DNA from: Candidatus Hydrogenedentota bacterium
GTDB taxonomy: Bacteria > Hydrogenedentota > Hydrogenedentia > Hydrogenedentales > SLHB01
Assembly: GCA_963674865.2 (NCBI GenBank)
Contig: CAXXYE010000011.1
Span: 192,001 to 256,000, forward strand
Length of the DNA stretch: 64,000 nt
Reading direction: 5' to 3'
The notes beneath the pieces are model-generated. The model had not been told where the DNA came from. It was given only the letters and a program-made list of their open reading frames with translations, and did no database searches. Numbering within the stretch: position 1 is the stretch's first letter; every line of letters begins with the position of its first letter. Shown piece after piece: positions 10,445 to 19,470 of the stretch. A program made the translations under genes and the position numbers.

Positions 10445-10605
10445 GCGCCCGCGTGGAAGAGTGGTGTAATTCCGCGCGAGTAATGGGGAGGTGACACGTG
10501 TGTCTCGATGTCCCGTCGTTTCCCCTGGGGCTGCCTGAACTGTCTATTGGGGAGCGCTCCACCGTGCTCTGGGGTAAGATCTCTGTCAAGACCAGGAGGA
10601 CATCA

Positions 10606-11412
10606 ATGGCCTCGAACGGGTCGTCTCGGTTTGGCGCATTTCATAAGCTGGCTGTGTTGCTGGGCGCTTTGTTTGTGGTGGCAGGCTGCGCGACCTCTCC
10701 GCGGGTACCGTCGCTTGCGGCCGACCCAATGCCCCCAGGGCCACAGAAGCTGGTGCTTGCGTCAGGAGACACAGTTTCGCTGCAGTTTGTCTATTGGCCG
10801 GAACTGGATATTACACAGACAATCCGGCCGGACGGCATGATCACGGCGAAACTGATAGGCGAGGTCGAGGCAGCAGGACTGTCGCCGGAAGAACTACGGC
10901 AGAAACTGCTGGAATTGTATGCCGATAAACTGAGGGACCCCGAGATCACGGTTGTCGCCGACTTGGCTGACAGCCGGAAGGTGTACGTCGGGGGAGAGGT
11001 TGACCTGTTCCGCAACACGGACGGCCTTGTCGAAGTCCCCTTGGTGGGCAAACTGACGCCTTTCCAGGCGGTGCTTCAGGCGGGCGGATTCAGGAAGCGC
11101 AGCGCCAAGCTTTCTCGGGTGCTCGTGATTCGTCGCATCGACGACACGCAGTATGCCCGCACGGTGGACCTCAGGAAGGAGTTCAAGACTGCCGAGAGCG
11201 AGCTATTCTATCTGCAGTCGGATGACATCGTTTTCGTGCCTCGCAGTAGGATTGACCGGGCCGACGCGTGGGTGGACCAGTATATGAATCAACTCGTGCC
11301 CGATTGGATAAACGCGAATTTCGGTTATACCGAGACCCGCACAAAGACGGTGGGGACGCGGTCGACGGTGACGGCGTCGCCCACGGGCTTTACCGTGGAG
11401 CGAACGAGGTAA
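10606..11412 (+). CDS. wza: Polysaccharide export lipoprotein (OPX/Wza family)
   Basis: Lipobox VAG-C; PES motif IRPDGMIT..LIGEVEAAG; SLBB domain; DIVFVP. ATG follows AGGAGG. Confidence 0.9.
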   Translation: MASNGSSRFGAFHKLAVLLGALFVVAGCATSPRVPSLAADPMPPGPQKLVLASGDTVSLQFVYWPELDITQTIRPDGMITAKLIGEVEAAGLSPEELRQKLLELYADKLRDPEITVVADLADSRKVYVGGEVDLFRNTDGLVEVPLVGKLTPFQAVLQAGGFRKRSAKLSRVLVIRRIDDTQYARTVDLRKEFKTAESELFYLQSDDIVFVPRSRIDRADAWVDQYMNQLVPDWINANFGYTETRTKTVGTRSTVTASPTGFTVERTR

Positions 11413-11530
11413 GTACAGCGCAAGGCCGCAGGTATGAAGGTCGCCTTGTAGGACAAAGAATGGCACGCCTTTGAGAGCGTGCGCAAGATAAGTGCGCGCG
11501 GGGCGTGTCCCGGGATGAGAAAGGGAGGCA

Positions 11531-13105
11531 ATGGCCGCTATCAGCGACAGTCTGCACAACTCACTGCGTGATATCGTCGACGTATTCTTCCGTCAGAAGC
11601 GGAAGATCGCGCTTGTTTTCATTCTCGTCTTCGCCGGAGTGAGTGCCTACAGTTTCGTGGCGCCGGCGGTTTACCAGTCCGAGGCGAAACTCCTTGTCCG
11701 CTCCGGCCGCGAGAACTACTCCGTCGACCCGGCCGTTGAAGGGGCCACCATCAATGTTTCCCAGACCCGGGAGGGCGACGTCAAGTCCGAAACCGCCGTC
11801 CTTTGTAGCCGCGAGCTTGTTGAAGACGTTGTAAACGCCATTAGCCCTGACGTGTTTCTCGCTAGTCCGTCCTCAGTGCCGTCCCTTGTGCAATGGATGT
11901 ACTCCGACGAGGGGAAGCTTGTGCCGGCCGGCCAGGAGGTCCGCGAGGGGGAGGTAGATGAGGGACTGCGGAAGAGGGGGGCCGTGCAGTCGGAGCCTTA
12001 TCGCCGGGCGGTTAAGAAGGTGTCGGACAACCTCGCCGTGAGCGTTGAGAACGGGACGAACATCATTCAGGCCAGTTTCGAAGCCCGGGACCCGGCTCTC
12101 GCGCGCGGAACCCTCCAGATGCTGCTTGATTCGTACATGAAACGGCACATCCAAGTCCATGCCGCCAAGGCGTCCCCGGACTTCTTCGAGGCGGAAACGA
12201 GTGAGATGCGTATGGAACTCCAGCGGCGTGAGGAGGCCCTCAGTGCTTTCCGTAAGGAGCACGGGATCGCGCAGTTGGAGCAGCAGACGCAGACGCTCCT
12301 CACGCAGATCGGTGAGGTGCAGCGACAGATCGCCGAGGAGACGGGCGACATAAGCGGCAGCCGCGCCCGCGTTGCTTCGTTGGAAGAGACGCTGGCCGAG
12401 CGTTCCGAGACGATGGAACTCGAGCGAACCACGGGAAAGACCAACTGGGCCGCGGATGACTACAAGAGCCGGCTGACGGACCTGCGTATGAAGGAGGCTG
12501 ACCTGGCGGCGCGCTATGCGGATGATTACCGCCCGCTCGTCGAAGTGCGCGAACGGATCAGCGAGATTCAAGCCCTCCTGGCAAAAGAGGGTGACACCCA
12601 CACCGAGGTGACCGTCGGGCTCAACACAAGCTATCGCGAGTTGGAATTGTCCCTGGCCAACGAGCGCGCCCTATTGGAAGCCGGCCAGGCGCAATATGAC
12701 GCGCTAAAGAAGGATCTCGCCGATCTGGAGGCGCGCCTTGATGAATTGTCCGGTTACCGAGTGGAACTGGAGCGACTCGAACGCGAGGTAGAGCTCGCCG
12801 ACGAGGAGTATCGCGAGTACCGGAAGAACTGGCAGCACGCCAGAATCTCCCAAGCTCTTGATGTGAATAAAGTTTCGAACGTCAGTATCGTCCAATACGC
12901 CACCATGCCCCTTGAACCCGTCCGCCCGAAAAAAGTGCGCAGTATGGTGCTCGGGGCCCTGGTGGGTATCCTGGGAGGCATTGCCCTGGCCTTTCTCTCC
13001 GACTACCTCGATGACACGTTCAAGACGGGCAGCGATGTTGCTCGGAGGCTTGACCTCCCCGTCTTGGCCACGATTTCGGATAGGGAATTCAAGGGATGTA
13101 CCTGA
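11531..13105 (+). CDS. Polysaccharide co-polymerase / chain-length determinant (GumC/Wzc N-terminal type)
   Basis: Two TM segments flank a long coiled coil; P.YQSEAKLLV, P..PVRPKK and YLDDTF motifs. Confidence 0.9.
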   Translation: MAAISDSLHNSLRDIVDVFFRQKRKIALVFILVFAGVSAYSFVAPAVYQSEAKLLVRSGRENYSVDPAVEGATINVSQTREGDVKSETAVLCSRELVEDVVNAISPDVFLASPSSVPSLVQWMYSDEGKLVPAGQEVREGEVDEGLRKRGAVQSEPYRRAVKKVSDNLAVSVENGTNIIQASFEARDPALARGTLQMLLDSYMKRHIQVHAAKASPDFFEAETSEMRMELQRREEALSAFRKEHGIAQLEQQTQTLLTQIGEVQRQIAEETGDISGSRARVASLEETLAERSETMELERTTGKTNWAADDYKSRLTDLRMKEADLAARYADDYRPLVEVRERISEIQALLAKEGDTHTEVTVGLNTSYRELELSLANERALLEAGQAQYDALKKDLADLEARLDELSGYRVELERLEREVELADEEYREYRKNWQHARISQALDVNKVSNVSIVQYATMPLEPVRPKKVRSMVLGALVGILGGIALAFLSDYLDDTFKTGSDVARRLDLPVLATISDREFKGCT

Positions 13106-14556
13106 AATACTACCGGCTGAGAGCCGCGCCCTTCGCCATGCCGCCCGATCCGGCATTTCTCTATCTGAGCAAGAGCCATGAGGAGGTCCTGGCCTCCTTG
13201 CTCTATGCCCTTGAGGAGAGAAAGGGCTTCGTAGCGCTCACGGGCGATGTGGGAGCGGGAAAGACACTCCTGCTGCGGGCGCTGTTGGAGAAGATAGATG
13301 TCAATCGCGTCGAGGCCGTGTATCTTTTCAATCCCGAGCTATCATTTGCTCAACTGATGCGCTCCATATTTCTGGAGATGGGGCAGCCTTTTCCACAGCA
13401 GGATCTGGACCTGGCGGTGCGCCGTCTTCATCATCATCTTATCGAGCGCTACAGGCAAGGGCGCCATGTGGTGCTCCTTATAGATGAAGCTCAGCGAATG
13501 CCTGCCGAGACACTCGAGCGGCTGAGGATTTTGTCTAATCTCGAGACTGCGAAGCATAAGCTCCTCCAGATTGTGCTTTGTGGCCAGACTGAGTTGGACA
13601 AGGTCCTCGACCGGCACGACCTCAGACAGCTTCGGCAGCGCATCGCTCTGCGTGCCTTCCTTGGCCCGCTCAGCCGCAAAGAGAGCGTTGCCTATTTGGA
13701 GCATCGCCTGGCTCGCGTGAGTTACAGCCGAACGCCGATTTTCAGCCCGAAAGCGTTGGCGCGGATCGTCCGCCACGCCCAGGGGAATCCCCGCGTCCTC
13801 AATTCATGTGCGGAATATGCGCTCATAGCGGGGTATGCGGAGCAAGAGCGCCCCGTTTCGGCCAAGACTGCGGCCGTTGCCATCGCCGAGCAGGCGCGCA
13901 AGAGACGGCCGGCGCTGATATCGCGCTGGAAGGCCGTCGCTGCGGGCGCTCTGGTCGTACTGTTTTTGCTGGCATTCTGGGGCCGCAGCGTGGCATTGCG
14001 ACCGCATCCAGCGGGCGAATTGGGCCGTGCGCCGCGCGCGCCGGTATCCAAGCCGAGCGCGGCGCAAAACGCTTCGACGACCTCGAAGGGCCGGACGCAG
14101 GAGCGGGTTCTTGCGCGGAGGCATGACGCCGCCGATGTGGCTCAAGCTGAAGCTGCTATTCCGGCCTACCCCTCCTTGTTTCCGCTGCTTACGCCGCCTC
14201 CTGATGCTTTTGACTCGCTCGGATCCGGCGGCCACGAGGGGATAGAAGCGGCCACGCCGATCCCGCTTCCGGCCATGCACGAGGTCCCCGATGCGGAACT
14301 CCTCGAATGCGAGAAGGAAGGCGCCGCTCAAGAGGCGTCGGCGGTGGCGGGGCCGGACGCAGGCGAAACATGGAAGATTGCGCCCGGGGAGTGCCTCGGG
14401 GACATACTGGCTCGGGTCTATGGTTATCAGGACGTGAATTTGCTCAAACGTGTCCTGGAAGAGAACCCCCACATTCAGAACCCGGACCAGATTCACGCCG
14501 GAGACACGATCCGGTTGCCCACAATGCGGCGGGACTCAGCGAGCACGTATGAATAG
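13096..14556 (+). CDS. ExeA/GspA-family AAA ATPase with TM segment and C-terminal LysM-like domain
   Basis: MYLKYYRL..APF..PDP.F, Walker A GDVGAGKT, Walker B LLIDEAQ, LRQLRQRI and GNPR..N; C-terminal IAPGECL...NPHIQNPDQIHAGDTIRLP. Confidence 0.9.
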   Translation: MYLKYYRLRAAPFAMPPDPAFLYLSKSHEEVLASLLYALEERKGFVALTGDVGAGKTLLLRALLEKIDVNRVEAVYLFNPELSFAQLMRSIFLEMGQPFPQQDLDLAVRRLHHHLIERYRQGRHVVLLIDEAQRMPAETLERLRILSNLETAKHKLLQIVLCGQTELDKVLDRHDLRQLRQRIALRAFLGPLSRKESVAYLEHRLARVSYSRTPIFSPKALARIVRHAQGNPRVLNSCAEYALIAGYAEQERPVSAKTAAVAIAEQARKRRPALISRWKAVAAGALVVLFLLAFWGRSVALRPHPAGELGRAPRAPVSKPSAAQNASTTSKGRTQERVLARRHDAADVAQAEAAIPAYPSLFPLLTPPPDAFDSLGSGGHEGIEAATPIPLPAMHEVPDAELLECEKEGAAQEASAVAGPDAGETWKIAPGECLGDILARVYGYQDVNLLKRVLEENPHIQNPDQIHAGDTIRLPTMRRDSASTYE

Positions 14557-14595
14557 AGCCTTATCTTGCTCTGGTCGATTCCGTAGGAGGACCAC

Positions 14596-15333
14596 ATGAC
14601 GAAGATGTACGAAGCACTCAAGCGGGCCCAGGAGGGCGGAGGGGCCGCCACTACCGGCGAGTCGTTCGGAACGCCTCCTCGCAAGGCCGGCGATGGAGCC
14701 CTTCGCCAGAAACTGGTGGCCGTCTACCAGAGCATTGAAGCACGTTTGGACGCGGAATCCGCGCCGGGCCCATGCAGGATGGTGACGTTCGTGGGGGCTC
14801 GACGCGGTGAGGGCACTTCGACGCTTGCCCGTGAGTTTGCCAACGTTGTGAGCACGGAGTTCGGCAAGAAAGTACTTCTCGTCGATGTGGAAGGCGGTAT
14901 GGGAGGCCACCATGATCGCTTCGGCGTGACGTTGGAGGCAGGTTTGGACGCCGTGACGGCCGGCCGTGCCCAGTTGGTTGACGTGCTCAAGCCGGCGGGT
15001 TCCGACTCTCTGTTTCTGGCCTCTCTAACCACGGGCAGTACCGCCGCCTCGACGGCCGTCGGCAGTCCCGGCTTTGAACGGACTCTTCAGGAGCTTCGAG
15101 AGGCCTTCGACTATATCCTATTTGACGCTCCTCCCTTTTCGCACGCCTCCGATGTGCTGCTTCTTGTTCCCGTCTCGGATGGGCTTGTTCTTGTGACGGA
15201 GGCAGAGAAGACGCGGTGGCAGGTTGTGGACAACATGCGCGAGCGCATTGTGCTCCAGGGCGGCCAGGTACTCGGAGTAATCCTGAACAAGAAGCGATTC
15301 CATATACCTCAATTCATCTATAGGCTGCTCTAG
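14596..15333 (+). CDS. CpsD/CapB-family BY-kinase-like protein, probable pseudokinase
   Basis: Walker A reads GEGTST; Walker B YILFDAPP; DGLVLV; LGVILN; no C-terminal Tyr cluster. Confidence 0.85.
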   Translation: MTKMYEALKRAQEGGGAATTGESFGTPPRKAGDGALRQKLVAVYQSIEARLDAESAPGPCRMVTFVGARRGEGTSTLAREFANVVSTEFGKKVLLVDVEGGMGGHHDRFGVTLEAGLDAVTAGRAQLVDVLKPAGSDSLFLASLTTGSTAASTAVGSPGFERTLQELREAFDYILFDAPPFSHASDVLLLVPVSDGLVLVTEAEKTRWQVVDNMRERIVLQGGQVLGVILNKKRFHIPQFIYRLL

Positions 15334-15621
15334 AGGGAGGTCAGAAAGCCACCAGATAGTGGAGACTGAGCATTTTCGGTGCTGACACAGAAAGACTTAC
15401 AAGCGCTTTCTGGCCGGGTTCCCAGGTGTGCGGTGTGTTGGACTGGATCGCAGAACGGACGCAGAAGGCTCACTAGGAGCTACATTTCTGTACAGGATGC
15501 GTCCCTATGTGACAAAAATGGGCGCTTAATTGGCGCCATGTTTGGCTTCGGGCTGCGCCGATTCCACGAGGTCGCTGTGGAGTTCCTTGGTAGCACTGGA
15601 CTTGGGATGATGCGGCTATAT

Positions 15622-15637
15622 GGGCACGCTTCGTGCT
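15622..15637 (+). promoter_or_regulatory. Possible sigma54 -24/-12 promoter for the sugar transferase block
   Basis: GGGCACGCTTCGTGCT has GG-N10-GC spacing and a GGCACG core, inside a 516-bp intergenic gap. Confidence 0.35.
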
Positions 15638-15849
15638 TAATACGCCGGAAGTATGGGGTCGCAAGGCCCCCTGGTTTCTCGGGCAGGCACGGTGTTCCTC
15701 AGGACCTCCGAATGCGTTGGGTCTGCATAGGCTCTATTGTCCTGGGCTTGCCTAACGCGGCCTTGGCCGCAAGAACCGACGATTCTTATTACTTGTTGAG
15801 ACGGAAGTGGATACAGAAACGCTGCAAAGTGTGACAATGGGGAGAACCG

Positions 15850-16920
15850 ATGGCTATTACGGGGCATTCGTACCGACTCGAAAATGAGCGGTGGCCGAGT
15901 ACCGCCGGTACCGTCAGTTCGGCGGCGGAGTTTCATCAGACCCTTGAAGATGCGTGGTCTCGTGCCGCTAGTGGAGGCCACGGCTGTTCTCTCCTCACAT
16001 TCCGTGTGGGAGGCGGGGCGTCCGCCGGTAGGCTGACCAAGGATCTTGCCTGCGTCGCCGCCGAGAGGATCTGGCGTTCGCACGAAGTGGGCTGGCTCGA
16101 TGACCACCATGTCGGCCTTCTCCTGCACGGTGCTTCAGGAGAGAAGGCGTCCGCCTACGCCGAACACGTTCGCTCGCAGCTCGCCACATCCGGCGTCGTG
16201 CCTCAATGGGCCGTGTGCAGCTACCCCGTTCCCTGGCGAGTATCATTGTCCGCGCAGAGTGCTTCAGCGGAGGCTTCGCCGTCAGAGTTCTCAGGTTCTG
16301 AAATCCAAGGGATCCGCTCTCCCATGCCGCGCTGGAAGCGCGTCATGGATGTCGTCCTGTCGTCTATGGCGTTGGTGGCTCTTGTCCCCCTTATGATCCC
16401 CATTGCCATTGTCATCAAGCTTACATCCAAGGGCCCTGTTGTTTTTAGGCAAAGCCGCGCGGGACTCAATGGGGAGTCTTTCACCTGCTACAAGTTCAGG
16501 TCCATGGTGGACGACGCCGAGAAGCGCAAGGAAGACCTCATGAGGTGTGGCGATGGGGCAGGGGCCACCTTCAAGATGCTCGACGACCCACGCGTTACCA
16601 GATTTGGCCGGTTGTTGCGCCAGACGAGTCTGGACGAACTCCCGCAATTCTTCAACGTTCTCAAGGGTGACATGAGTTTGGTCGGCCCACGCCCGCTGCC
16701 TCTGGAAGAAGCCCTGAAGCAGGACACCTGGCACCGGACCCGGCTTCTGCTCAAGCCCGGAATCACGTGTCTTTGGCAGGTGTATTCCCGGCATGATCGA
16801 TCACTCGAAGCGTGGTCCAGGCTGGACATTGAATATGCACGGCGCCGCTCCTTCTGGCTGGATGTCAAACTGCTGCTTTTGACGATCCCTGCTGTCTTGT
16901 CGGGAAACGGCGCGTGTTAA
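15850..16920 (+). CDS. Priming polyprenyl-phosphate sugar transferase (WcaJ/Bac_transf family) with N-terminal degenerate GGDEF-like region
   Basis: KRVMD, KFRSM, DPRVT..GR.LR.TSLDELPQ, GDMSLVGPRP and KPGIT..WQV motifs. Confidence 0.92.
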   Translation: MAITGHSYRLENERWPSTAGTVSSAAEFHQTLEDAWSRAASGGHGCSLLTFRVGGGASAGRLTKDLACVAAERIWRSHEVGWLDDHHVGLLLHGASGEKASAYAEHVRSQLATSGVVPQWAVCSYPVPWRVSLSAQSASAEASPSEFSGSEIQGIRSPMPRWKRVMDVVLSSMALVALVPLMIPIAIVIKLTSKGPVVFRQSRAGLNGESFTCYKFRSMVDDAEKRKEDLMRCGDGAGATFKMLDDPRVTRFGRLLRQTSLDELPQFFNVLKGDMSLVGPRPLPLEEALKQDTWHRTRLLLKPGITCLWQVYSRHDRSLEAWSRLDIEYARRRSFWLDVKLLLLTIPAVLSGNGAC

Positions 16921-17091
16921 GGGCCGCCTAAGCGAGATAAGCAACGCGTTAGGCGCCGAGAAGATCGGCGCCATCGCTGTGTGGCGTCGCGCGGGTTCAA
17001 CTTGTGTCGTGGGCCACCAGCGGCACTCGTCCATTCTGATATACTTGTGTACACAGTCTGCGGCATGCGGAGCGTAGAAAGGGAGACGGCA

Positions 17092-19449
17092 ATGAGCACG
17101 TTAACATCGACATGGGGTGGCGCCTTGCGCATTGTGGGAGTGGCGTTGCTGCTTGTCTGCCAAGCTGCCGGCGCTCAGTCGCCGGAAGCCGCGCCCCTCA
17201 ATCCGGAGTTCGTATCATGGCTTGAGGGGGAGGCGGTTTCGGACCTCGCAATGCGGGAGGCCGTTGGCGCGTCTGGATACGGCCTGGGCCACATTCCGCC
17301 CCCCGTGGATCTCACGCATGCTCAGTACGAAACCGCTACGCTCCTCAGAGAAAGCGTAGCCGCCGCGCTGCCCACCAGTTTTGACCTGAGACTGGAGGGG
17401 GATGTCACTTCCGTCAAGGATCAAGGATCATGCGGCTCTTGCTGGGCCTTCGCGACCTATGGCTCTCTCGAGAGCTGGGTTCTCCGCAACGACGGGGAAG
17501 TCTGGGATTTCTCAGAGAATAACCTGAAGAACTATCATGGACTTGATTGGGGGCCTTGCGAAGGAGGCAACACCTTTCTAAGCATGGCCTACCTGGCGCG
17601 TTGGGCAGGGCCCGTTGACGAGGCCGATGATCCCTACAACGACTATGATGACCGCCCCTCGCCTGGTGGGCCGAGCCAGAAGTACTTGGAGAGTGCGCGC
17701 TATTTCTTCACGGTGGAAGACATCAAAAATGCGCTTATGACGTACGGCGGTCTGTACGTTTCCTTGTATTGGAATTCTGCATATTACAATTCCGGTGACT
17801 ATACCTACTACTACAGCGGCGGTTCCTCGACGAATCATGGCGTGACCCTCGTCGGATGGGATGATGAGATGGCCGTGGACGGGGCGCCCAGCGATGGCGT
17901 CTGGATCTGCAAGAACAGTTGGGGGAGCGGTTGGGGTGACGACGGGTATTTCTATATCTCATACGACGACGCACGAGCGGTTACGTATGCGACGGCATTC
18001 TGCTACGCGGTTCCGCCCGAATCGTATGTCACGAACTACCAATACGACCCGCTGGGATGGTGCAGTGAAGTGGGTTATGGGTCCTCGACGTGCTGGGCCG
18101 CCAACATATTCTCGCCTGAAGCCGATGAGCGCCTCGCGGCGGTGGGCCTGTACGCGGTGGACAACAATGTCTCGTACCAAATCTATGTCTATGACACTTT
18201 CAATGGTACGAGCTTCTCGGACCTTCTCGGCTCTACGTCGGGCGCGATGAGCGACATGGGCTACTACACGATCCCGCTGCCGGATCTGATCGATCTGACC
18301 ACGGACGATGAATTTGCGGTTGTGGTCAAATTCACGACCACTGGATACACTTTCCCCGTGGCCATGGAGAAGGACTACGCGGGATATTCCTCGGATGCTA
18401 CGGCCAATTCTGGTGAGAGTTATCTCAGCAGCACCGGGAGCAGCTTCACCGATATTACGTTGTACAGCGGCTTTGGAAACACCAACGTCTGCATCAAGGC
18501 CCTAACGATAGCGTCGGCGCCCGCGTTCACGGGAACGCCGGATGAGTATACCTACGTGCTCGAATCCAATGGCGATGTGACAATCACGGATACGGTTTCC
18601 GCCCGTGACGGCGTTACTACGCTCACTCCGGTGGGCACGCCGGACGTCATTTTTGCCGGCGTTACCTACAACTTCATTGTGGGCACGAATGGATACGACG
18701 AGATCATGGGGACATCGGAACCGGATCTGATGCTCGGATTCGACGGTATGGACACTTTCTGGGCCGGCGCTGGCGATGACTATCTCTTTGGAGGCGATGG
18801 CCGGGATGTTCTGGGCGGCGAGGACGGAGATGACTGGCTCTCAGGCGAGGCCGACGACGACCGTCTGCACGCGGGTGAGGGCAATGACATCTGCTACGGC
18901 GGGGCCGGTGAGGACTACATCTTCCTCAAGGATGTGGACGGTACCGATGTTCTCGAAGGCGGCGCGGGTACTCGCGACGTGTTGAAAATCAACGATCCGT
19001 CGTACACTTCGTATTCCCTCACCGGAAGTCACGGTTTTGAGCGTTTTGTCGGTGGCGTCGGCGATGATACCGTTGACTGGGCTGACGCAACTGGAGCGAC
19101 GCAGATGAACGGCAACGGTGGCAATGATCAGTTGTCCGGTGGGCCGTTCCGAGATATCCTTCGCGGCGGGGACGGCGACGACACGCTGTCCGGCGGGGCC
19201 AATAACGCAGGCCAGAGAGACTTGCTGTACGGCGACGACGGCGAGGATGCATTGTACGTTTTCGGTGGCAACACGAACTGCTACGGCGGCCTCGGAGCGG
19301 ACACCGCGTGGTTTACCGGAGATCCGAACGACCCGAACGAGTACAGGAACCGCTGGTATCCGGCCACCGGCAGGGGAAGCATATGTGACTTGGTCGCGGA
19401 TCGGGATTACGGCAACTATCTCGTCGACGTTGAAGCTATTGCCCATTAG
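17092..19449 (+). CDS. Secreted papain-family (C1A) cysteine peptidase with lectin-like domain and C-terminal RTX-like module
   Basis: Signal peptide ending AAGA-Q; catalytic QGSCGSCWAF, NHGVTLVGW and KNSWG; YQYD...NVCIKA lectin-like domain; GGxGxD repeats. Confidence 0.9.
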   Translation: MSTLTSTWGGALRIVGVALLLVCQAAGAQSPEAAPLNPEFVSWLEGEAVSDLAMREAVGASGYGLGHIPPPVDLTHAQYETATLLRESVAAALPTSFDLRLEGDVTSVKDQGSCGSCWAFATYGSLESWVLRNDGEVWDFSENNLKNYHGLDWGPCEGGNTFLSMAYLARWAGPVDEADDPYNDYDDRPSPGGPSQKYLESARYFFTVEDIKNALMTYGGLYVSLYWNSAYYNSGDYTYYYSGGSSTNHGVTLVGWDDEMAVDGAPSDGVWICKNSWGSGWGDDGYFYISYDDARAVTYATAFCYAVPPESYVTNYQYDPLGWCSEVGYGSSTCWAANIFSPEADERLAAVGLYAVDNNVSYQIYVYDTFNGTSFSDLLGSTSGAMSDMGYYTIPLPDLIDLTTDDEFAVVVKFTTTGYTFPVAMEKDYAGYSSDATANSGESYLSSTGSSFTDITLYSGFGNTNVCIKALTIASAPAFTGTPDEYTYVLESNGDVTITDTVSARDGVTTLTPVGTPDVIFAGVTYNFIVGTNGYDEIMGTSEPDLMLGFDGMDTFWAGAGDDYLFGGDGRDVLGGEDGDDWLSGEADDDRLHAGEGNDICYGGAGEDYIFLKDVDGTDVLEGGAGTRDVLKINDPSYTSYSLTGSHGFERFVGGVGDDTVDWADATGATQMNGNGGNDQLSGGPFRDILRGGDGDDTLSGGANNAGQRDLLYGDDGEDALYVFGGNTNCYGGLGADTAWFTGDPNDPNEYRNRWYPATGRGSICDLVADRDYGNYLVDVEAIAH
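18517..19449 (+). repeat. C-terminal RTX-like module, copy 1 (homologous to 52827-53762)
   Basis: Colinear ~310-aa match including [54 protein letters not shown] and [13 protein letters not shown]...H. Confidence 0.9.
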
Positions 19450-19470
19450 AAGCAGCGGATTGTATCGGTA

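Noticed and set aside
11461..11475. TGGCACG sigma54-like sites at 11461, 1263 and 10319
   Set aside because: None has the required GG-N10-GC spacing.
15379..15834. 151-aa ORF in the EPS-cluster gap
   Set aside because: No recognisable motif, weak start context and atypical codon use; more likely regulatory DNA.
16952..16972. Perfect 8-bp hairpin GGCGCCGA/TCGGCGCC after the sugar transferase
   Set aside because: No U-tract and GC-rich context; cannot be called a terminator.
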